Part shown: in pieces, positions 42,952 through 57,000 of the stretch
How positions within the stretch are numbered: position 1 is the first letter of the stretch
Layout of the letters: each line of letters starts with the position of its first letter
Source: Eledone cirrhosa
Taxonomy: Eukaryota
Direction: 5' to 3'
DNA: 64,000 nt
Assembly (NCBI GenBank): GCA_964016885.1
Contig: OZ024741.1
Span: 320,602,001-320,666,000 of the forward strand
Notes under the pieces: model-generated
What the model saw: only the letters and a program-made list of their open reading frames with translations
What the model was told of the DNA's origin: nothing
Database searches by the model: none
Made by a program: the position numbers and the translations under genes

Positions 42952-43924
42952 TTGCGTATATATGTGTATGTGCATGTTTGTGTGTGTGTGTATCCATATC
43001 GATATATATATTTATCGTATATATTGTAATATCATACATGTATTGAATTCGTTTGTTTTTGTTTATACATTTATGCAATGTTAGATAATTACATTTTGAC
43101 AACAGTGATAACACATTCTTCCAAAATTTACATATATTATGGCTACAACCCTAGTTCATTTATAAAATTCAATTAATCTTTACACTCCAGCTCAACGACA
43201 ACATTAACCACCACCACTACACTCACTATTACTACTATCACCATTACCATACAATTGCCATCACCACCGGCATTCCATCAAAACTATCACTACAATTCTA
43301 CTTTTACCGTATCGCCACCAGCATCACTACCAAACAACATAAACAACAACAACAGCACAACAACAGCAACAACAACAAAATATGCAACAGCGAAAACAAC
43401 AACAAAATATGCAACAGCGAAAACAACAACAACAACAGCAACAACAGAAGTAGTGGCAATGACAACAACAGTATATATTTGCGTTTAATCTTAATTCTAT
43501 TCAGGTGTTATCATATAGTTCTAATATATCAGAAATGCCGCCTTCAAACATTTTTTTTACTGACTTCCGGTTTATGATGAAATATTTATGCATAATTATG
43601 AATTTTAAGTCATTCACATCTTAATGAAGGGTTAATGCATCCATTCTTTTGAATTTCAGCTTTCACTTTTGTTTTTGGAATATTTTAAATATTACGACGT
43701 TTTGGTGGGTTTTTTGTTTTTGTTTTTTGTATATATTTCATAATTGTCCTCTGGTTGTTATTGTTGTTGTTGTAGTCGTTGTTGTTCTTCTTTTTATTCT
43801 TCTTTGTCTTCTTGTTCTTCTTCTTTTTCTTCTTTTTCTTATTTTACTTATTATTATTCTTCTTCGTCTTCTTCACCTTCTTTTTCTTCTTCGTTCATCT
43901 TCTTTTTCTTCTTCTTTTTCTTCT

Positions 43925-44045
43925 TTATTTTTCTTCTTTTTTCTTCTTTTTTCTTCTTTTTTCTTCTTTTTTCTTCTTTTTTCTTCTTTTTTCTTCTTTT
44001 TTCTTCTTTTTTCTTCTTTTTTCTTCTTTTTTCTTCTTTTTTCTC
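43925..44045. repeat. (TTCTTCTTTT)n 10-bp tandem repeat
   Basis: Direct reading. Confidence 0.9.
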
Positions 44046-44199
44046 CTCCTCCTCCTCCTCCTTGTTTTTATTGTTGCTGTTGTAGTCATTGTGGTCGTTC
44101 TTGTCGTTACTGCTAATGTTGCTAATATTACTAATTCTGTTATTGTTGTTCTTATACTTGCTGCTGCTACGGTTCTTGTTGTTGCTGTTAATGTTCTTA

Positions 44200-44297
44200 A
44201 TAATTGTTTCTACTTTTTGTCACAAGGCCAGCAATTATCTCAGTGTATTACTGGTACTTTATTTTATCGACCCCGTAAGGATGAAAGGCAAAGTTAA
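44200..44297 (-). mobile_element. SINE family A (partial)
   Basis: Reverse complement of the 3' half. Confidence 0.8.
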
Positions 44298-44513
44298 TGT
44301 TCTTAATAATGTTAGTTTTACTGCTGCTGTTGCTATTGTTGTCGTTGCTACTGTTATTCTTCTTGTTATTGTGAATAATGCTAATGATGTTACTGTTGTA
44401 TTTTGTCTTCACAATGTTGTCCTAAACTTTGTTATTATTGATCTTATCCCTGTTTATTTTTGTTGATATTTCGGAAGTCTCCTGTGTTTCTCCCCTTTAT
44501 TATTCTTGCAACC

Positions 44514-44703
44514 TGGTGGATTGGCAGTATTGGTGGAGGGTCGGACGCCATGCTTTGCAACATAGAGTTACGGCCCTTGCCATTCTGAGTTCAAATCCCG
44601 CCGAGGTTAACTTTGCCTTTCATCCTTACGGGGTCGATAAAATAAAGTACCAGTAATGCACTGGGGTAATTGCTGGTCTTGTGCCAAAAGTAGAAACAAT
44701 TAT
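44514..44703 (+). mobile_element. SINE family A
   Basis: Consensus match. Confidence 0.85.
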
Positions 44704-44801
44704 TCTTGCAACCCTTTTTTAATATTTCTGATTCTTTTTTTTTTTTCACCGTTATTGGTTTCTGTTGTTGTTCCAATGTTTATTATTATGACAACAACAG
44801 C

Positions 44802-45013
44802 AGTGGATTAGTGGTATCGGTAGGGCGTCGGGCAACATGCTTTGCAGCATAGAGTTACGGCCCTTTGCGTTCTGAGTTCAAATCCCGCAGAGGTTAGCTT
44901 TGCCTTTCATCCTTACAGGTTCGATAAAATAAAGTATCAGTAATGCATTGGAATCGATTTAATCGTCTTCCCCTTCTCCACAAATTGCTGGCATTGTGCC
45001 TATAGTAGAAATT
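44802..45013 (+). mobile_element. SINE family A (long form)
   Basis: Consensus match, ending in (ATT)n. Confidence 0.85.
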
Positions 45014-45321
45014 ATTATTATTATTATTATTATTATTATTGTTGGTGAAGCCACGCTTCTTATCGCCTCCAGTTTTTTTCAACGTTTTACCTCGTTTTCA
45101 ACCGTTCTAAACCTTTTATTCAAGTTTTAAATTTGATAAAAGTTTAGAAGAAGTGACCCACCTAATACAGGGGTTCACTCGTAAATAATACGGTACCCCT
45201 TTACGGGGTGTTGTATTCGTATTTGTGTAAAAATATTTTTTGAAAAAAATTTCAACATGGATAACACAAGAAAGAGAGAGAGCGCTGTCAGACAACACAG
45301 AGAGAGGGAGACTCTATCAGC

Positions 45322-47363
45322 ATGTCAACAAACAGCGTTCCAGCGGAGGTAAATATAAACGAAAATATTACAAAGGAAAAGAAGATTGTTACAGATTTAA
45401 AATTAACAAATATTTCTAACACAAACAACACCAACAATAACACCAACAACAACACTAACGACAACAACATCAATAACAACAGTAACAACAAAAATAACAG
45501 CGGTACAGTCGAGAACGACATAACAAAAATAACAGCGGTAAAGTCGAGAACAACAATAACAATGACAATAACAAAAGCCACAACAACAATAATAGTAGGA
45601 ACAGTATCAACAAAAACAACAATAATAACAACAGCCACAATAACAGTAACAACAGCAACAGTGTCAACGAAAACAACAATAATAATAACAGTAACAACAG
45701 CAACAGTATCAACGAAAACAACAACAATGACATCGATACCTGTAACAGCGATCGCAGTACCACCAGTAAGACCAGTAGCGGCAGCAGTAGTGGTGCTGCT
45801 GAAAAAGGGACCACTTCTTTTGCAGGTGTCGTCCGAAATATCGAGACAGTGTTAGTCACAGAGGAGGAGATGGCAGTCTCAAGGGCCATGGTGACAAGAA
45901 ACGCCAATAGAGTCTCCCTGAAACCTCCACCCGATTTTTTCAAGCACCAGCAGCTACGGACGGTGACTTACCGCACCGTAAGCAAAATCTCATATCGGGT
46001 GGAGAGAGCCACGGAGGCTCAAATTCAAAAGGCCTTGGGGTGCGTCTGGGCACGCAAAACCCACATCACCCGAGGCAGAAAGTATGCCACAGTAGACGTA
46101 CTTTTCGCCACCCCCTAGGAAGCAAAGTCTCATTCTTTGGAAACCCTAAACAGTGAGGAGATAGTCTTGGTGCTCTCCTACTGCGGGCAGAAAATTGTGA
46201 GGGTCAAAGTTATCCAGGTCCCACCCTATGTGCCCATACCGTGGCTGGCCGCGTCTGTCCTTGCTGGAATCGAGGACAGGACGACCATGCTGCAAGTAGA
46301 GAAAATAGGGAGAGAGAACTGGTCAGGTATAGGCATGCAAATGCTTATACAAACTGACCAGGAATGTATCGACGCTATCCCCGATATCATAGACATCGAG
46401 GAAGGACTCCAACTCCCTATATGCGTAGAAGGAAGACGGCCAAAATGTTATCTCTGTGGGTCGAAGGGTCACCTCAGGGCCTTTTGCCCGCAGAAAACAG
46501 CGAAGAATAAGGCCCCTCTTCTTCCAATACCTGGTCCGCTGCTACCAAGAGCAGGGCAGGCAACAAACGCAGTAGCCCATTCCACGGTGAGTAGGAGGGC
46601 AACGCCCGTGGCACCCGTACCAAGGCCACGGACATCTAAAGCAGCAGCATCAGTCGCGGCAACACCAATAGCTACATTTGAAGTAGCCAAACCAGCAACA
46701 AAATTGAGGAAGAGGGCTCCACTACCACCACCAACAGCCGTGGAGCACATACCCCTCCCAGACGCCAGGAATCCGACATGGAGTTTGAGGCGGGAGTGAA
46801 GTGGCAAACGGTCTGCCACAAAAAAGAAAAAAGAAAAAACCCTATAGATTCACCCTCCAAAAGCGAAGGCACATAAAGAGGGGTAAAGGAAGCAAGGAAA
46901 CTTGCAGCAACGCCACCACCATCACCACCACAAGCACCACCGCCAACAACAACCACACCACCACCAGCATCACCAAAAACACCAACAACGCAAACAAAAC
47001 TAAACACACACACCAAACAGCAACAAGAAGAAAAAAAGCAACAAAATCCCCCCTCATCCCAAAAAGTACACAGCCATAAATATGGCAAAAAAAGAACTCA
47101 TACAATATATAAAGCAGCATACAGACATCACAGAAAAAAATCTAGTACACCCCACCAACACCAAGAACTCTCCCGACAAACATAAGCATCATTGAAATCT
47201 CAATAGAACTGTACAAACCTTTAAAACAAAAATTCCCCAACGCAGTTGGAGACTTCAGAGGGTCGGTTACCAAGAGGATATACACTGACGTCCTCTTGGA
47301 AACACCCATGACCAGCGAAAGGGACGGTTCTACTGTCCCTTCACCACACGATCAAGGTAAGTG
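45322..47363 (+). pseudogene. Tx1-A ORF1 (CCHC zinc knuckle), disrupted
   Basis: CYLCGSKGHLRAFC; colinear with ORF 59928-62024; stop at 46116-46118 and frameshifts; true start uncertain. Confidence 0.85.
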
Positions 47364-47396
47364 ACCCTTTCTCACTTGCCCCGTTTCTCATCCAAC

Positions 47397-50300
47397 ATGG
47401 CCGTACTCAGAATAGGCAGTATAAATGCACGTAGCCTGGGGTCATATTGGAAGCAGGGTCACCTACTCAACGACCTCAGGTCACTAAACATAGATGTGGT
47501 GGCCATCAGTGAGACCAGAATCTCCGAAGCACAAGCCTTAGCACCGATCTTCGGCGGCTACAATGTATACGCATCTCCCAGCCGTCCAGGATCGGGGGAG
47601 AGGTTGCCATCCTTTTTCGTAGAGGCTTCGATCTCGCCATACGGGCCATCTTCCTAGACCCAGAAGGTAAGTCGGTGGTGCTGGACGTGACCGGCAGCGA
47701 AGGCAATGCTTTCAGGCTAGTAGCCGTCTACGCCCCAACAGGGGTAGGACGGCCAGATTTCTTCAGACGTCTAGAGACCTTTCTTGGAACGTCCCGCTCT
47801 TTAGTGTTAGTGGGCTACTGGAACGGTATCTTGGATGCACGCTGGGATTGTGTGGGGCTAGTGGATAGGGGAGGAGGGTGCAAGAGCCTCACCAACTTGC
47901 TCAGACGTTTTGAACTGTCTGACAGGTATCGACTGGATCACCCGAATGTGCCAATGTGGACATGGACAAACCGTATCGGGTCATCTAGATCGTATCTCGA
48001 TAGAGTATTCTGCAGAGAACTAGATAAGGCTAGTATAAGTTGTCCACAATTTAAAATAGTCGACTACACAGACCACAAATTTGTGATCTGTGAGATCGAC
48101 ATAGATAGACTTCATAGACAAGGGCCTGGTTACTGGAAGCTGAACGCGTCTTTCCCGGCGCGCAATGCCTACAGAGACCGGATTAGCGTATTAGTTAAGC
48201 GCGCGTTGACGGAGCGGTCGTCAACAACAGATGGTGGTTCGCCCTGAAAAGGGCAATTAAAGTAGAGTCGATTAGGTTTAGCAAAGGAGTAGTGATAGAG
48301 GAAAATAGAGTAGAGGGAGAGCTAGTCAGAAAGCTAGAAGAGGCGTTTAGGACAGGCATCGCAACCGACGTGCTTGCGGTGAGATTGGCACTCGACCAAT
48401 TCTTCAACGCAAAACACGATGGCTGCGTTGTCAGAGCTAGAGCGCGTACTCTGAAACACGAGGAGCCAAAAGCCGTCCAATGGGCCCGGGTGGCAGAGGC
48501 GCGACGTGGCAACAAAGCCACAATTCGGTCTTTGTCTGACCAAAACAGGTGCGTGATGTTCGAACCTGAGCGGACGTGTGAAGCTTTTCAGCAGCACTTT
48601 TCTGAACTGTTCGGGGGAGGCGGCGGCCCGGATCGGGGCATGGACTTCAGTGCATACCTCGACGGACTGCGTCGGCTCTCGACGACCGCAACACAGTGCT
48701 GCGAAAAGCCAATAACAGCCGGTGAAATACGGGAAGCGATGGCTAACTGCACAAGGGGTAAATCGCCAGGTTTGGATGGTCTGCCCTACGAGTTTTATGC
48801 CAGACTTGTTCAGTGACCTCTTGCAACTGGCAGCAGAACGGGAGCATTCCCAGTTTTGTGAGCCGGGGAGCGGTGGCGCTGTTGAGAAAAGACCCGAACA
48901 AGGGGGATGTTATTGATAATTTCAGGTTCAAGATTTTGGCCAAGGTGTTAGCAACGAGGTAGGCGCTTGTCGTCAAGGGTCTGGTGGGAGAGGCGCAGAC
49001 ATGCGCCATTCCGGACAGATTCTTATACGACAACCTCCACCTCATGCGATACATCATAGAGAGGTTGGTTAAGGAACCTGGCAAGGGTGGGGCCCTGATC
49101 AACTTGGATCAATCCAAAGCATTCGATAGGGTCGACCATCGGTACCTGGCGGCGGTCCTCGAGGTAGCCGGTTTCGGGCCCATTTCCGGGGTTGGATCGC
49201 TGCGATGCACAGCGTCATCTGCTCAGTTGTGAAGGTGAACGGACATCTGTCACAGCCGTTCAGCATCAGTGCGCTCGGTCCGTCAGGGTTGTCCCCTCTC
49301 GTCACTCTTCTACGTATTGGCCCTAAAGCCGTTGCTGCACAAATTGGAGGCGATGAGAGACGTCCCACGCGAACTGGGATGTAGGAGATCCGTATCGGCT
49401 TACGCCCACCACGTTACCGTGGTGGTGTCAAGCGCCGGACATGTCCAGATGCTCGGCACCGCTCTCAAGGAATATGAAGCAGTGACAGGAGCAAAGTTAA
49501 ACCTAGAAAAGTCGGTGAGCTTGCAGCTCGGCACCTGGAGAAGCAAGTCCATGCCGCCCGACAACATCGTGGGGCGCTGGACGGAATGATAGGTTAAATT
49601 GCTCGGGATCTGGTTCGGTCCGGACCTCCAGATGGAGAAAAACTGGAGCGAGGTGACAAGCAGGGTGGCCTCTCTCACCCAGAAATGGGCCGAGAGGAAG
49701 CTGTCCCTGAAGGTCGGGCAGAGGTGGCGAATGCGTTCATCGCATCCGTTATCTGCTACCGCCTAACCGTTGTGCCTTTCCCCGGCTCAACTCTGACAAA
49801 AATGGAGCGCCTCCTCTTCCACATTTTATGGGAGGGACGTGCTCCTATGTCCAGACGATCCATCTGCTTTCAACACCCGTTCCGTGGAGGGCTGGGCATG
49901 CCGTGTCTGATGAGTTGCAAATACGCGTTGAGGCTGCGACATCTCTGGTGATTCCTTGACGATGAACAGGTGTGGTCACCATTTGCCAGACGTGTTTTTC
50001 TCCAGCTCGTCTCATTAACGGAGCTGCAGTCCTAGATCAGGAAAAGACCGAGGGATAGCGCTTGGAAGCTGGAATGTCTTCAAGCGCTCACAGCCTTCTA
50101 CCGGCTAGGCACTAGTATCGGTGGAACATCCACCTCGGTGTCATATAGAGGACTAATGGAGAGGAAGAGTGACGACGTTCTCGGGGAGACCCTGGGCGTC
50201 AAAGACGATCAGCTGTTCGCTCTCTTCAAGGGAACTTTCAGCCCGGGGCCTATGGACAACTTCCACAAATGCCTGGCCTGACAGTGCTACCGGGGATCGT

Positions 50301-50683
50301 TGCTGGTTCGAGATGAGCTCTACAGGCACGGAAGTGCCGTCAGCCGAACCTGTCAGAGATGCGCACAGAGCGACGAAACCGTTGTGCACGCACTCATTCA
50401 GTGTCCGAGCATTGCTGACTTGTGGAGCTATGTCGAACATTTGTTGTCACGTGTAGGACGGATCCGATTATCGACTGAGTGCATTGTGCAGATAGCCCCA
50501 CCGTCCTCCTTTAAGGAGGAGGAAGGGCAGGCAGTTTTCATCTGCCTGGTGGCCATGGCGGAAGAGATCGTATGGTGGACAAGGTTGAAAAGATTGAAGA
50601 CGGACACTTTCCTCTTCGGCGAATCCCTGATTAACTTTTTAAAATTCCGAGTGAACGGGCTCGCTCTGAGTATGCGCCTGTAG
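47397..50683 (+). pseudogene. Tx1-A ORF2 (APE-RT-zinc finger), disrupted
   Basis: SINARSL, SYLDRVF, TDH, KSPGLDGLP, LDQSKAFDRVDH, VRQGCPLS, YAHH in place of YADD, CQRC...HALIQC; many stops and frameshifts. Confidence 0.9.
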
Positions 50684-50944
50684 ACTGAGGAGTGGACAAC
50701 TGAGAGAGGGCGCTTTCCCTGGTGGTCAGGGCGGCCGTGGAATTTTTTGTGGTTTTCGCCATGAGTGACTCTTGGAAGTTTTCCCCCTCTTGGGGAATTT
50801 TTGTTGTTTGAATTTTTTGATATTTCTATCTTCTTGTTATAAGCTTTTTTTACACGGCCAAAACCCACTTTATATCGTCATGTACCGTTCTGCGCCGTCT
50901 GTAATGTTTTTCTTCATGTTAGCCCTTGTGGTCAATAAAGAATC

Positions 50945-50980
<36 letters not shown>

Positions 50981-50981
<1 letters not shown>

Positions 50982-53931
50982 TGCATTTTTCTTGCTTTAT
51001 GTTCATACGAGTTATCACCAAGTCACAACCAGTGACCTCAAGAGACAACAAGGTCCGCCATATTCAAGAAAGAACATACATATTCACACATGCATCCTTA
51101 GAGTTTAGACTTGTGATGTACCTATATTGACAGGATCTTCCTTAGTATATGGGCAGTTCCCATCAGTACTATCTTTTGTATTTCTCCTATACGCGGGTTT
51201 CCTGGGATTTGCGATAAGTAGTCGTTAGACCCCTTAGGTATCATTCCCAGAGCGCCTACAACCACTGGTATTGTTTTAGTTCTCAATTTCCACTTTTTTC
51301 CAATTTCTATCTCCAGGTCCTTATACTTGCTCAATTTTTCAAATGTTTTTATAGATACATTCTTGTCTATTGGAACAGACATATCAATTAGCAGGCATAC
51401 CCTCCTTTGAAAGTCCTTCAATATTATATCAGGTCTATTTGCATCTATTTTTCGGTCTGTTTGGATGCTAAAGTTCCACAAGATTGAGATGTGATCTTTT
51501 TCAAGTATGGGAGGTGGTTGATGTTCCCACCAATTCTTTTGATGGGGCAGGTCAAAATGCTTACACATTATCCAATGTATGTATTGTGCAGCTCTGTCAT
51601 GCCTGTTTAGGTATTCGGTTGGAGCTATAGGACTGCACATTGAAATTATATGGTCAATGGTCTCTGGTTGTTTTTTGCATACACGGCATAATGGGCTGCA
51701 CCCATTTTTTATTATGTTGGCTTGGTAATTTTTTGTTGGCAGACACTGATCTTGTGCCGATATAATCAGTCCTTCAGTCTCCGATTTCAGTCCAGAGGAT
51801 GCCAACCACTGATGGGTTAAAGTTTTGTCAACATCAGGATTGTTAGCTCGCTCTGGGTATTTTCCATACAGAGGCTTTTCTTGCCATTTCTTAGCCAGTT
51901 TCTGTAGCAGTTCTTTCTTTGCAGTTACTTTTACCTGCTTTGCTTTTTCTGTGTTTTCCATTTCAGCAGTAAATGGGACTTCCGAAATTTGTAGTCCATT
52001 ACTGTATCTTTGTGCATCTTTTGTAATGGAATATGATCTTTTGGTGCTTTCGTGTTTCAAAACGAGTTTGATCATCCAATCATGTGATTCCCTTAGATAT
52101 GTGGATAATCCAATTGTTGCAGTTTTCAACGCAATGTCTAACTGGATTAACCCACGTCCTCCTTCTTTTCTAGGGAGATATATTCTATCTATGTCTGCCT
52201 TAGGGTGATGCATTCTGTGCATGGTTAAGAATTTTCGGATTTTTGTATCGAGCCTACGGATCTCTGTGCTTGACCAGTTGATGACATTGTAACTGTAGGT
52301 TACTACTGGTATGGCAAGCGTGTTTATGGCATCGATCCTATTCCTTGCATTCAATTCCGTTCTTAAGATTGCTCTGACTCTGCGGTAACATTCCTTCCTT
52401 ATCCTTTCCCTCATTGTCGAGTGCTTGATTCCGTCTCTTTCACAAACACCTAGATATTTGTAAGTTTTTTCTTGATCAAGCTCTCTTATCACGTTCCCCC
52501 GATCAAGATTAATGTCTGAACTCTTCAGCAGCTTTCCCCTGGTGAACGTTGCTTTGGCGCATTTATCCAGTCCAAACTCCATTTTAATGTCATCACTGAA
52601 CTGCTTCACAGTGGATAATAGCCCTTGCAATTGTTCATCATTTTTTGCAAATAGTTTCAGGTCATCCATGTAGAACAGGTAATTAATGGTTTTGTCATAG
52701 ACTCTATATCCATGTTTTGTTTCATTGAGCATTTTACTTAATGGTATAAGTGCGATGCAGAATAAAAGCGGTGATAAAGAGTCACCCTGAAAAATTCCAC
52801 AATTAATATTAACTTCTCCAGCTTCCAGGGATTTTGTTTCACTATTCAAAAGGAGTGTCGTTCTCCATGTCTTCATACTGAATGACAAAAACCTCCTGAC
52901 AACGGGGGATATTTTGAAAATCTCTAAACATTTTTCAATCCAACTGTGTGGCAAACTATCGAATGCTTTTTTATAATCTATCCAAGCAATCGATAGATTT
53001 TTGTGTCTATTATGACAATCTTCCAGTATCATTTTGTTAACCAGAAGCTGATCCTTACAGCCATATGAGCCTCGTTTACACCCTTTCTGCTCAATGGGAA
53101 ATAGGTCATTTGTTATCAGGTGGTCATATGTGTATTCAATTAGGACTGATGTTAAAATTTTATACATTGCGGTCAAGCAGGTTATCGGTCTGTAATTTTT
53201 GGGATTGTTTGTCTCATCATTCTTCGGTAGCAGGAATGTAATGCCGTTAACTAGCCATGATGGTATCTTTTCTGGCTCCTTAACTATTTCATTGTAAAGT
53301 TGGGCTAACAGCTCATGAGACTCTGTGAAGGCATTTATCCAAAAGTTTTGTATTTTGTCTTTTCCTGGGGATTTCCATTTGCTGGTTTTTCTTAGAGCCA
53401 AGCGCAACTGTTCAACTGTTATATTTTCCCATGTTTGTTCTTCAAGGTGATCTGTTTCTTTCATTTGTCTGTCTATCCATGGGGCATGTATGTTATGAAC
53501 TTTTTCTTCGGCCCAGATCTTTTCCCAGAATTCTTGCACTTCCTCCTTGTGTGGTATTGATTTAGCAGTTATTGTTGACTTACCAATTTTTCTGTAGAAG
53601 TTTCTTTGGTTGTTTTTGAACATATTATTGTCCTTATAGAATCTAGATCGTTTTCAAAGCGCCTTATACGAGCAGCTTTGGCCGACACGTTTTGCTTGAT
53701 TGTTTCTATCAGCATGTCTATGTCACATGTTGATCTTATACTGTACTTTTTTTTCAATTTTCTAAGTTTAGTTTGTTTAACATGTCCACCTACTTTATAG
53801 TTTGTTAAAATTTCTATGTCAGATCGTAGAAGGTTTATTTGGCGATTGATGTTATCTTGCCAAGTAGATTTCTTGTGGGAATTCCTTTGTTTTTTCATCT
53901 TCACTCCACATAAGTGAGTGGTGACTTTAGC
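50981..53931 (-). mobile_element. R4/Dong-type non-LTR retrotransposon, 5'-truncated (Dong-1)
   Basis: RT-CCHC-RLE ORF; (TAA)n tracts at both ends. Confidence 0.9.
51122..53904 (-). pseudogene. Dong-1 RT/RLE ORF; frameshift near 53645, 833 aa open downstream
   Basis: WIDYKKAFDS, GIFQGDSLSP, YMDDLKL, CRVC..ETIDHIISMC, RHD, RPDIILKD..IDMSVP..EKLSKY. Confidence 0.9.
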
Positions 53932-54046
53932 TTATTATTATTATTATTATTATTATTATTGTTATTGTTATTCCTTGAATCTCAGTCATTGATGTTGGTT
54001 AACTGGAAAGTCCGTTGGATTGAATATCAAGCCACTACCTGCAGCC

Positions 54047-57000
54047 TCAGATATTCAGGACGTATCGGAGGGTTCTTGCCGTTCCAAGCAGGCATGCCTT
54101 TTGAAGCGTTCCAAAAAGCGTGAAGGGGCCGATTTTCTTTAACCATCCCTGGAAACCTTTGGAGATAGTCCCCAGTGCGCCTATGACAATCGGGATCACT
54201 TTGACTTCATGGCAGTTCCAAATCCTTTTCACCTCCCACTTTAGGTCCTGGTATCGGTTAATTTTCTCCCTCTCCTTCTCTTGCACTCTCGTGTCGAACG
54301 GGCAGGCCACATCCACAATCAGGCACGATCTTTTTTCTTTGTCCACAACCACCAGGTCAGGTCTATTGTGTTCCAGTTTTTTGTCCGTCTGTATCCTAAA
54401 ATCCCACAGCACCTTCACCTGACTGTTCTCCATCACCGCCTCTGGCCTATGCTCATACCATTTCTCAGAATGTGGTAGATTGTTTACTTTGCACAGGTGC
54501 CAGTGGATCACCCTGCCCATCACATCGTGTCTCCAGCCCTTATAGTGGGTCTGGGCTAGGTGTTTACACTCGGACACAATGTGAGCCACAGTCTCCTCTC
54601 TCTCTCCACAGATCCTGCACAGTGGGCTAGCCTCCTCCTTGTAGATATGGTGCTTCAACCACTTCGTTTTGAGGGCCTGCTCCTGCGCAGCCATTAGCAT
54701 TCCTTCTGTAGCCTTTTTGAGGTCTCCTCTTCTCAACCAGTTCCATGTCTGTGGATCTCTAAATTCAGTTTTCTCAAAGAAGGTACTATGAAGGGATTTT
54801 CCCTTAAGGCTGCTCTTCCTCCTTGATGTTATTTCCTCCTTGGGTATCCCCTGGCCTACTGTCCCCTCCTTCAGTACAGCTCTGAGCATTGGCTCCTTAC
54901 TATAGGTCACGTATTTGTATAGGTTGTTTTTCTCCATCTGAACACAGTCCTCTATGCTGATAAGACCTCTTCCACCCTCAGATCTCCTTAGGTAGAGTCT
55001 ATCGACATCACTCCTCTTGTGGAACATGTTGTAGATAGTCAATAGCTTCCTAGTCTTCCTATCCATTTCTTTTTGTTCAGCAACATTCCATCTCAGAATT
55101 CCCGCACTGTACCTAATAATAGACACAGCTCGGGAATTTACTGCGCTTATGGCATTTCTGCTGTTCAGATGTGACTTCAATACGCTCCTTACTCTCCGAA
55201 TGTATTCAGTTCTTAACAATTCCTTCATTTTTTTGTTCTTTATGCCATCAGCCTCCAGAATGCCCAAATACTTGTATCCTTCCTCAGAGTCAATTTCCTT
55301 TATCATCTCACCTGTTGGTATCTGGATCCCGTTACTTCTGCTCAACCTACCCCTCCTCATCACAATGACTCCACATTTACCAATACCAAACTGCATACTA
55401 ATATCACTGCTGAAAATACGGACAGTGTCAACAAGCACATCCAACTCCTTCTCACTTTTCCCGAAGAGCTTAAGATCGTCCATGAAGAGGAGGTGATTGA
55501 TGGTAAGCTCTCCCCTTCCCAACTTGTATCCTGCTCTCACTTTTCGCAGCATAATGGTCAAGGGCATCAGGGCAAGGACAAACAACAGGGGGGACAGGCT
55601 ATCTCCCTGGAAGATACCTCTCTTGATCTTCACGCTTCCCAAGGATACTCCAGTTGATGTCAACTCTGTCTCCCAGGACCCCATACTCCTACCCAGCAAC
55701 TGTCTGATGTTATCTGCCACCCTGAAGATCTCCAGGCTTTTGGTGATCCAGGAATGAGGCACCATGTCAAATGCCTTTCTGTAGTCTATCCATCCCATGG
55801 CAAGATCAGTGTGTCTCCTCCTGCAATTCCCCATTACCATCTTATCAATAAGCAACTGGTCCTTTGTACCACGTGACTTCTTTCGGCATCCTTTCTGTTC
55901 GTCCGGCAACAAGTTGTTTGTGTGGAGGTGATGGTAGATTTCCTCAGACACAATGCTCGTCAACAGTTTCCACATTACGGGCAGACATGTGATAGGTCTA
56001 TAGTTGGTAACATCATTACCCTTGATTCGGTCTTTCATTATCAGAACTGTGGTACCTTTTGTCAACCACTCTGGCACCTCACCCGACACCAAGCAGTCAT
56101 TGAACATGGCCGTCAGCTTCGGGTGGAGGGATGTTAAATGTTTAATCCAATACCCCTGCACACCATCTGGGCCTGGTGATTTCCAGTTGGTTAGTTTTTT
56201 GGCTTGCCCCTTAAGAGTTTCAACTGTGATACTCAAATCAGTCTGTTGCTGTGCCTGCTCACCGATCTCCCTCTGTACTGTCTCAATCCACCCTGCCTGG
56301 GCATTGTGTCTAACATCCTGCTCCCATATTCCTCTCCAGAATGTTTTAGCTTGTTCCGCCCCAGGGATCAAGTCGTTGCCTCTTTCTTTCCCCTCAAGCT
56401 GTCCAAACAGCATCTTCTGGTTGTTGTCGAACATGCGGTTCTGTTTATACTGACTGACTCTGTTCTCGTATCGCCTGATTTTGGCACTCTTTGCTACAAT
56501 GCGTTGCTTCAATTCCTCTATGATAATATTTAGCTTTTTACTCCTAGTTTTGTATTTTATTTCCAGTCTATTTTTAGTGCCTATGTTTTTTAGTGTCCCA
56601 TTCAGTAGTGACTCAAGCTTTCCTATGTCATTTCTCATTTCCCCGATTTGCCCACTCAGTCGCTTCTTCCACCACGGCTCTGCTCTTTCTTGTCTGTTGT
56701 TTCCTCTCGCTTTTATACCAAGTAGTTTCCTCACCGTATTTGCTGTTGCTTTGAGGATATTGTTGCACTGGTGAAGACTCCTCGCCTCAAGGTATGGGAT
56801 GACTTTGTTTACCTTAGCTGTTGTTTCTTTTAACTTTTTCCTGTCTACAAATCTTAGGTTCATAGGTCTCCCACTATCATTGTTCAACTCATCTACCACT
56901 AAATTTAGGATGTCAACCGAATCTTGTCCTAGCCCGTCAGCATTCATCTCCTCAGTGGCCGTATCTCTGTTCCAGGTATTATTTATCTCAGTATTCAGAT

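Larger units (their letters stand above)
45041..50980 (+). mobile_element. Full-length but decayed Tx1/L1-type LINE (Tx1-A)
   Basis: (ATT)n at both ends; ORF1, ORF2, AATAAA and (ATT)n tail; homologous to 59713-64000. Confidence 0.9.
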
